NCBI RefSeq assembly: GCF_009914755.1
Contig: NC_060925.1
Reading direction: 5' to 3' (one strand)
Length of the DNA: 64,000 nucleotides
Origin: the human T2T-CHM13v2.0 reference genome, Homo sapiens
The position numbers and the translations under genes were made by a program. How positions within the stretch are numbered: the stretch's first letter is position 1; every line of letters begins with the position of its first letter. The notes under the pieces are model-generated. The model did not search any database and was not told the origin of the DNA. It was given only the letters and a program-made list of their open reading frames with translations. This document shows, in pieces, positions 52,660 through 64,000 of the stretch.

Positions 52660-52776
52660 GGCAAGAAGGACACATTGGGAAGCTCTTGAGGCAGTCCAGG
52701 TAAGAAATGGTGGTGGCTTGGACCAGCCTGGTGGCAATGGAGGTAGTGAAAAGATTGATCAGGTTCTGGATACATT
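52660..52776 (-). mobile_element. L2 fragment
   Basis: 'gcagtccaggtaagaaatggtggtggcttggaccag...ggcaatggaggtagtgaaaag'. Confidence 0.75.
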
Positions 52777-52903
52777 GTGCTTTCATTTCGGCTCTCTGCC
52801 ATCTCTTCCCAACGTAGCAGTCCAAGTGATCCTGTAAAACCTGTCAGATCATGGTACTCCCACTTTTCCCCCATTTTATCTAAGCAAAAACGCAAGTCTT
52901 AAA

Positions 52904-53067
52904 TTTTTAATTTTTTTATTTTTTATTAAGACAGAGTCTCACTCTGTTACCGAGGATGGAGTGCAGTGGTGTGATCTCGGCTCACTTCAACCCCAGCCTC
53001 CCAGGCTCCCACCTCAGCCTCCCCAGTAGCTAGAACTACAGGCACATGCCACCATGTCTAGCTAATA

Positions 53068-53126
<59 letters not shown>

Positions 53127-53253
53127 TTTTTGTAGAGACAGTGTTTCACCATGTTGCCCAGGCTGGTCTCGAACTCCTAGGCCCAAGTGGTCCACCCGTC
53201 TTGGGCTCACAACCTGCTGGGATTACAGGCTTGAGCCATCATCGTGCCTGGCC
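52904..53253 (-). mobile_element. AluJb-like with (GT)27 in the middle linker
   Basis: Antisense dimer with 'catgttgcccaggctggtctcgaactcctagg'. Confidence 0.95.
53071..53124. repeat. (GT)27 microsatellite
   Basis: Perfect repeat. Confidence 0.97.
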
Positions 53254-53277
53254 AAAAGCTCAATTCTTTACAAAAAG

Positions 53278-53392
53278 TAGGGTAACTATACATTTTATTA
53301 TCCAAACCAGAGCCCTACGGAATGTGAAAGGTTATTATTACAGGACAAAGAGCTTAAACTTGGGCTATTCCAGACAAAATGATGAGACCCTG
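53278..53392. mobile_element. MER94-like hAT-Blackjack MITE
   Basis: 'tagggtaactatacattttattatccaaacc...gtgaaagg...caggacaa...accctg'. Confidence 0.7.
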
Positions 53393-53680
53393 TATAACCT
53401 GGCCTTTGAATACCTCTTTGACCTCGTCTACTACTTTCTCCCTGACAGTCAGCAATAACCACTGTAGCCTCTGGGATTTGGTCTCTGCTAGGAATGTTCT
53501 TATTTTACAGATCTAAATGGCTCCCCACTAATTTCTTCAGGTTCTTTTCAAAGTCACCTCTCAGTGAAAATTTCCTTTGCCAACTTACCTAATAGAGTAA
53601 CTGTGACCAACTTTTTTCTATCTTCTTTAATTCCTTATTTCTCCCTATAGAACTTCTCACTAAACTAACATACTCTCTAT

Positions 53681-55896
<2,216 letters not shown>

Positions 55897-56223
55897 GTCT
55901 TTTGCAAAAACATGAATGAAACTGCAGGTCATGATCTTAAGTGAAATAACTCAGAATCATAAAATCAAATACCACATGTTTTTGCTTATAATTGGCAGCT
56001 AAATAATGTGCACAGGTGAGTATAGAGTGTGGAATAATAGAGATTGGAGATTCAGAGGGTGGGGGTAGATGAGGGGTGAATGATGAGAAATTATTTAATT
56101 GGTACAATGGACACTATTTGAATGATGATAACACTTAAATCTCAGACTCTAGCACTATTCAATATACCTATGTAACAAAATTGCCATTGTACCACTTAAA
56201 TTTATACAAAAAATTAAAATAAA
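55897..56223 (+). mobile_element. L1MA1-3/L1PB-like 3' end
   Basis: 'tatagagtgtggaataatagagattggagattcagagggtggg...gatgagaaatta...tatgtaacaaaattg...ttaaatttatacaaaaa'. Confidence 0.85.
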
Positions 56224-56229
56224 TACTTT

Positions 56230-57000
56230 AGCCACATTCCACAAATTTGAATGTCCATTCCTTTTACTGTCTTTCCATTTTAATATGTCTCTGTAATATT
56301 TATATTACTTTTTTGTTTTTGCTTTTAGTTTTAATTTTTCAGACATTAATTTTTGGCTGTATTTTGTTATTAGTTTCCCATTTTATTGCCTTATGGCATA
56401 TAAACTGGTCTATATGTATTGATTATTTTTATAATTGTTGGGGTTTCTTTTGTGGCATATAGACAATTTTTTTTTTTTTTTGAGATGGAGTTTCATTCTG
56501 TCACCAGGCTGGAGTGCAGTGGTGTGATCTCGGCTCACTGCAACCTCGGCTTCCCAGGTATTCTCCTGCCTCAGCCTCCCAAGTAGCTGGGACTACAGGC
56601 ATGTGCCACCACATCCAGCTAATGTTTGTATTTTTTGGTAGACACAGGGTTTCACCATGTTGGCCAGGATGGTCTCAATCTCTTGAACTTGTGATCCACC
56701 CGCCTCGGCCTCCCAAAGTGCTGGGATTAGAGGTGTGAGCTACCGCGCCCAGCCTGAACAATTTTAAGAAACATTCTGTATGAGTTGCAATGGGATTCAT
56801 GTTTCTAAATATCTATTACTTAAAACTTTTTAAGTTTATTTCTGAATATTATAAATGTTATTAATTTTTGTTTAAGCTATCAATTTCTGACAGACGTGTC
56901 ATAATTTATTGATCATGACAAAAAAAATCACAATCTATTGTTCTACTAATATTTTTTGTCTAATTTTCAGTATTTGTTTTAAATTTTTGAAGTTTTCTAG
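56230..57000 (-). mobile_element. Ancient L1ME-type fragment (ORF2 5' part), Alu inserted
   Basis: T-rich antisense L1-like motifs 'ttccacaaattt', 'ttttattgccttatgg', 'ctatcaatttctgacagacgtgt'. Confidence 0.5.
56467..56754 (-). mobile_element. AluSc
   Basis: 'ctgtcaccaggct', 'ggccaggatggtctcaatctcttga'; TSD core acaatttt. Confidence 0.95.
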
Positions 57001-57008
57001 ATAGGTGG

Positions 57009-57843
57009 TGAGCCAGTTAATTAATTGTCTTTCAACTCCAAATCCACCTTTCACTGTCTGTCTGTAATTTTGAGACATTTCTCACTAAGCAGCTGGTATG
57101 ATGTCAAGCTTTGTCAGTAGGAAGAACTGACAAATATCAGAAGAGTTTCCCTTCCTGGCTTCTGCTTTGCTTCTTTTGTTCCTGTGGCACTGGCCTGGTA
57201 TGCAAGAGACTCAGTGAAGCTCACTCCCTATTCCTGGTAGGTTCAATCCCACCCCCAGGGGTGGATTCTCAGATGCAAATGGAATCTCTCAAGGCAGTTT
57301 CTGGAGAGTTCCATGGTTGCCTAAGCAAGTTTCCAAGCAGTTTTCCGGTAACAGCTTCCAGTGAGTTCAACAGCTCCTTTACCCCACTGTTGGCAACTGC
57401 CTGCTGGCTTTCCAGAGTATAGCTGTTACACAGGTTGACTTTCTATTCATAGCAAATTTAACAGCACCCTCAATGCTAAGCAGCTTCCCAGTGAATTTTG
57501 TGAACACAATAGCAGATAGTTCTCTGTTCATCAGCTATGGCTCTCTGACTTTGGACTAGTTCAGGAACAACCTAGCAAACTTCTCTAACATCCAGTGGGC
57601 TGCAACCATACCTTCTCCTGTGAGGTCTGAATCTCAGCCTTAGGAGGATTCACCACCCCTCCCTCACCTTCCAAGAATGTTTCCTCCTTGACTATTCTCC
57701 ATTAGTTCTAGGTTATTCTTTAAAGATAATTATTTCTTATTTCCTCTTAGTTAATTCTCTATAAGTAATAAGCTTTTATAATAAATCTTTCCTGCTAAAA
57801 TTCTGTGTGATTTCTGTCTCCCCAGTACATCCTGACTGATACA
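57009..57843 (+). mobile_element. ERVL LTR, LTR41/LTR33 group
   Basis: 5' 'tgagccagttaattaattgtctttcaactccaaatccaccttt'; 3' 'gtgtgatttctgtctcc...cctgactgataca'. Confidence 0.75.
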
Positions 57844-58648
57844 CATGTACACATATGAAGATCAAGATAAAAAGACTGAAAGAGTTTATTACTCATGAGG
57901 CCTGACTTACAAGAATTGCGAAGTTGAAGTGAAAGAATACTAGACAGCAACACCAAAACATATGAAAATATAAAGCTCTTTGATGGAGATAAATATATGG
58001 ACAAATACGGAATCCTGTAATTTGTAATGGTGATGCATAAATAAATTTAAATTCAGGTATAAAATTTAAAATATAAAAGCACAAAAAATACAAATATAAA
58101 AATATGTTGATACAAGATATTAAAACCTGTAATTTGTGATATTAATGACATAAAGTGGAGAATACATTGAGGAATAGAGTTTCTGTATGCAATTGAAGTT
58201 AAGTTGTTATCAATTTCAAATAGATTGCTATCACCATAACTGTAAGAGTTTTATATAATCATAACAATTATCACAAAGAATATATCTATAGAAGTGCACA
58301 AAAGAAAACGAGAAAGAATCAAATCATGTCACCACCAAAAAAATCAATAAAACACGAAGAAAGACAGCAAGAGAGAGAAACAGGGACAAATACATGACAT
58401 ACCAAAAACTACTAACAAAATTATAATAGTAAGCTCTTTCCTATTAGGAACTACTTAAAATGAAAATGGATTAAACTCTCCAATCAAAAAACAGAATAGT
58501 GACTGAATTTAAAAACAAAGATCCAACTGTATGCTCTCTACAACAAACTCACTTTAGATATAAAGACATAAACAGGCTAAAAGTGAAAGGATGGAAAATG
58601 ATATTCCAGGAAAATAAGAATCAAAGCCAAAGAATGACATTATGTAAT

Positions 58649-58975
<327 letters not shown>

Positions 58976-59440
58976 TTAATTCACCAGGAAGACATAACAA
59001 TTATAAATATATATCCACCTAATAGTAGAGCACTCAAATTTGTAAAGCAAACATTGACAGCATTGAAGGGAGAATTTGACATTAACAAATAATAGTAGGA
59101 GATTTCAATACCACACTTTCAATAAAGGAAAGATAAGCCAGGAAGAAGATCAACAAGAAAACAGAAAATTTCAATCACTCTGTAGACCAATTGCACCTAA
59201 CAAGCATGTATGGAACACTCCACCCAACAACAGCAAAATACAGATTCTTTTCAATGTACATTTCTGTATACAGAACATTCTCTAGAATAGATCATGTGTT
59301 AGGGGAAAAAAAGAAAAACTATCTTAACAAATTTAAGATTAAAATCATATCAAAACTCTTTTCTCAACCACAGTGGAATGAAACTAGAAATCAATAACAA
59401 AAGGAAAACTGGAAAATTCAGAAATCAGAAATATGTGTAA

Positions 59441-59749
<309 letters not shown>

Positions 59750-61240
59750 ACAATACACTCTTGAATAACCAATGGGTTACAGAAGAAGTCACAGCATAAA
59801 TGAGAATATATTTTGAGATAAATGAAAACAAAACCAATATACCAAAACTTATAAAATGAAGCAAAAGCATTACAAAGAAGGAAGTTTATAGTGGTAAATG
59901 ACTATATTATAAAAGAAGAAGGATCTAAAATTAACAACCTAACTTTATACCTCAATGAACTAGAAAAAGAACAAACTAAACCCAAAGTTAGCAGAAGGAA
60001 GGAAATAAGTATTAAGAGGAGAAATGAAGAAAATACAGAATAGAAAAACAATAGAAAAAATTAACAAAACACAGTTGGTTATTTGAAAAGTTCAACAATC
60101 AACAAACCCTTAACTACACTAAAGAAAAAACAACAACAAAAATCAGAAATAAAAGAGGAGACTTTACAACTGATGTACAGAAATAAAAAGGATCATAAAG
60201 ACTGCTATAGACAATTATATGCCAACGTAATCTAGAAGAAATAGACAAATTTCTAGAAACATACAACCTCTCAAGAAGAAATCATGAAGAAATAGAAAAT
60301 CTGAACAGACCACAAAAAAGTAAAGAGATTTAATCAGTAATCAAAAGCCTTTCAACTAAAAACAACAACAACAAAAAAACAAAAATACAACCCAGGACCA
60401 GACGGCCTCACTGGATAATTATTCCAAACATTTGAAAAATTACCACTAATTTTTCTCAAACTCTTCCAAAAACTTGAAGAAGATAAAACACTTCCAAACT
60501 CACTTTATAAGGGCAGTATTGCTCAGATAACAAAATGAGACAAAGATACCGTAAGACAAGAAAAGTACAGACCAATTTCTCTGATAAATATTAATATAAA
60601 ATATCCTCACCAAAATCCTAGCAAACCAGATTCAACAACATATTAAAAGAATTATATGTCATAACCAGGCAGCATCTATTCCTGAAATGCGAGGATGGTT
60701 GAACATATGAAAAACATTCAACGGAGTAGACCAGATTAAAACAATGAAGGGTAAATGCCACAAGATTATCTCAAATGATTCAGAAAAAGCATTTGACAAA
60801 ATTCAACACCCTTAATGATAAAAATACTCAAAAAACTAGTAATGGAAAAAATGATTTCAACAAAATGGAGACCGTGTATGAGAAACCCATAGCCAACACT
60901 ATATTCAGTGATGACAAACTGGAATCTTCCCTTCCAAGAGTGAGAACAAGATAAGAATGTCCATTCTCATGACTTATATTCAATATGGTACTGGGAATCT
61001 TAGTCAGAACAATCACGTAGGAAAAATAAATGCAAGGTATCCAAATTGGAAAGGAAGAAATAAAATTATCTCTGTTTGCAGAAGACATATCTTATATGTA
61101 GAAAATCCTAAAGATGCCATATGAAAAAAATCTACAGAAGTAATAAATGAATTTAGCAAAGTTGCAGAATAATGAACACAAAAATCAGCTGCATTTATAT
61201 TCACTAATAATTTGAAAAAGATACTTAAAAAGCAATTCCA

Positions 61241-61537
61241 GCAAGGTGTGGTGGCCCACATGTGTAATTTCAGCACTTTGGTAGGCTGAAATTGGAGGAC
61301 CACTTGAGCCCAGGAGTTTGAGACTAGCCTAGGGTAACATAGTGAGATCCCAACAATACAAAAAATAAATTAGCCAGGCATGGTGGCATGGATGTGTAGT
61401 CTCTGCTGTTTGGGAGGCTGAGAGAGGAGGACTGCTTGAGCCCAAGAGGTCAGGGCTGCATGACCCATGATTATGTGTGCCACTGCACTCCAGCCTGGGT
61501 GACAGAGCAAAAACTCTGTATCAAAAAAAAAAAAAAA
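61241..61537 (+). mobile_element. AluJ
   Basis: 'cacttgagcccaggagtttgagactagcctagg'; 14-bp TSD aaaaagcaattcca. Confidence 0.95.
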
Positions 61538-62931
61538 AAAAAGCAATTCCATTACAATATTACAATAGCACAAAAAAAGGATAAAATACTTACAAATAAA
61601 CTTAACTAAGGAAGTGAAGGCTATACTGAAAAATACAAAACAATGATTTTCAAAAAAAGAAGACTTAAGTGCATGGAAAATATCTGATGTTCATGGATTA
61701 AAAGACTTAAAGTTGTTAAAATGTCTAAACTACCCAAAGTGATCTACAGATTCAATGCAATCCCTATCAAAGTGTCAATGCTATTTTTTGCCAAAAAAAA
61801 ACCCAAAATCTAAAATCCATATGGAATCTCAAAGGGCCCCAAATATTAAAATCAATCTTCAGAAAGAAAAACAAAGCTGGAGGCCTCACACTTCCTGATT
61901 TCAAAATATCTTACAAAGCTACAGTAATCAAAATGGTATGGTACTGGCATAAAGACAGACATATAGAACAATGAAACAGAATGAAGAATCCAAAAATAAA
62001 TCCTCATATATATGGTCAAATGATCTTTGACAAAGGTGCCAAGGGCTTCACAATGGGGAAAAGGATAGTCTATTCAATACATACTTGTGGGAAAACTGTA
62101 TATCCACATACAGAAAAATAAAATTGGACACTTACCTTAAATCATACACAAAAGTCAACTCAAAATTGATTAAGGACCTAAATTAAGGCCTGAAATCATA
62201 AAATCCCTGGAAGAAAACATGGGGAAAAACTTCCTTGAAATTGACCTTGACAGTGATTTTTTGGATACGACATCAACTGCTCAGGCAACAAAAGCAAAAT
62301 AAACAAGTGGTACTATATCAAACAAAAAAGCTTCTACAGAACAAAATAACGAAATAAAAAATTTACCTACAGGTTGGGAGAAAATATTTGCAAACCATAT
62401 AAAGGGTTACTATTCAGAATATAGAAAGAATTCCTCTAACTCAACAACAAGCAAACCAAACAATCCAATTCAAAATAGGCAAAAAGATTAAACAGACATT
62501 TTTTCAAAGATATATAAATGGCCAACAAGCACATGAAAAGATGTTCAACATCAGCAATCAGTAGGAAAATGCAAATCAAAATCACAATGAGATATTTCCT
62601 CACATCTGTTAGGTTGGCCATTGTCAACTAAACAAAACAAAACAAAATAACAAGTGTTGGTGAAAATGTTGAAAAATTACAACCCTTGTGCACATTTTGT
62701 GGGATTGTAAAGTGGTGCAGCCACTTTGGAAAACAGTATAGAGATCCAACAAAAATTAAAAATAAAGTGACCATTTGATTCAATGATCCCCATTCTGGTT
62801 ATATGTCCAAAATAATTGAAAACACAAAGAGATGCTTGCATACCCATGTTTATTGCAGCATTATTCACAGTAGCCAAGAGGTAGAAGCAACCTAAATGTT
62901 CATCAGCAAATGAATGGATAAAGAAAATGTG

Positions 62932-62933
<2 letters not shown>

Positions 62934-62984
<51 letters not shown>

Positions 62985-62986
62985 CC
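62934..62986. repeat. (AC)n microsatellite within the L1
   Basis: Directly visible, one interruption. Confidence 0.95.
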
Positions 62987-63329
62987 TGGAATATTATTCA
63001 GCCTTAAAAAGGAAGGAAATCCTGTCATATGCTACCACATGGATGAACCTCGAGGACATTATGCTAAGTGAAATAATACAGTCACAAAAATACTAATATG
63101 GAATAATTCCACTTATATGAGGTTTCTAAAATAGTCAAACCCTTAGAAACAGAAATAGAATGATATTTGCCAGGGGATAGAGAGAGGGAAAGAGGAGTCA
63201 ATCAATAGAGGCAGAATTTCAGTTTGCAAGAGTTCTAGATATCTCTTTAAATAACCATTTAAAAATGGTTAAGATGGAAAATTTTATGTTATGTAGTCTT
63301 GCTACAATAAAGAAAAATAATAACACACT

Positions 63330-63950
63330 TCATCTCAGTGGGTGCTCTGATGTACCTAATACATCTAGGTAAAGATTTTGTTAACCACTCAGAATGCATT
63401 GTTCTTTAATCTGAAGACCTATGTCCTTCTTCAAGCACAGTGTAAACAGTTCTTGGCTATTCCTTCAAATATTGCCTCCTCCAAAATCTGATTTTGATAT
63501 CTCCCTTTGAAACTCTTATGAAAGAAACAACTTCCCATTCTGTGTTCTTCATTAGCGTATTACTCAGATTTTCATGATCTTTATCTTTCTGTGCTGAATT
63601 CTGGGTAATTCTTTTGCAGACTTACTCTTTAATTCAGTAATATTTTAAGTGGTGTTTTGTCTACTCTTAAATCCACCGAGTACACTTTAAATTTTAGTAA
63701 TTGTTTTTCTGGAAGCTTTATTGTTTTTTCTTATTTTCATGATGTTCAATTTTGCAGTTATATTTTTAGGCCCTTGTTTGATCTCTTTTATTACCTTAAG
63801 CATTATTATTTTATTTTATAATATCTCAAAATCTGTTCCACTATCTCAAGTTCTTGGGATCCTAATGAATCTGCTGACTCTCCTTTATGGATGATATAAA
63901 TCCGTATATACGATTGATAAATTATTTCATGTGTGCTCCTACTCAACAGT
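63330..63950 (-). mobile_element. Ancient L1ME/HAL1-type ORF1-region fragment
   Basis: 'tattccttcaaatattgcctc', 'tctttctgtgctgaattctgggtaattctt', 'ttaaattttagtaattgtttttc' typical of antisense old L1 ORF1. Confidence 0.6.
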
Positions 63951-64000
63951 TTTTTGCATTTGTTTTTTGTTTTATTTCATTTTGCTTTTTCTCTTGAAGT

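Larger units (their letters stand above)
52790..53670 (+). mobile_element. L2a fragment, interrupted by an Alu and MER94
   Basis: 'gcagtccaagtgatcctgtaaaacctgtcagatcatg', 'ctctgctaggaatgttct', 'gtcacctctcagtga'. Confidence 0.75.

Overview
This is AT-rich, CpG-poor primate genomic DNA. AluY/S/J, THE1B and MER41B elements point to a simian, most likely human or ape. I find no supportable protein-coding gene, RNA gene, CpG island or CRISPR array. The ORFs in the track are Alu-, L1-, LTR- or microsatellite-derived, or are chance short frames. The window reads as intergenic or deep-intronic sequence shaped by transposon history. Main elements: a near-complete MaLR (MLT1) provirus with nested insertions (2.5-5.9 kb), a 5'-inverted (twin-primed) L1MA, solo LTRs with perfect TSDs (THE1B, MER41B), two hAT MITEs stacked at one site, many MIR/L2 remnants, and a nested L1/LTR/Alu cluster from 52.6 kb to the end. 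The middle (about 18-36 kb) is comparatively repeat-poor, with a few enhancer-like or exon-like segments. I found no evidence of a new biological system. The best leads are an unexplained exact 31-bp dispersed direct repeat, LTR-borne regulatory motifs (DUX4, GAS/STAT, RFX) and a Z-DNA/cruciform element. Subfamily names come from my memory of consensus sequences and need RepeatMasker/Dfam confirmation.
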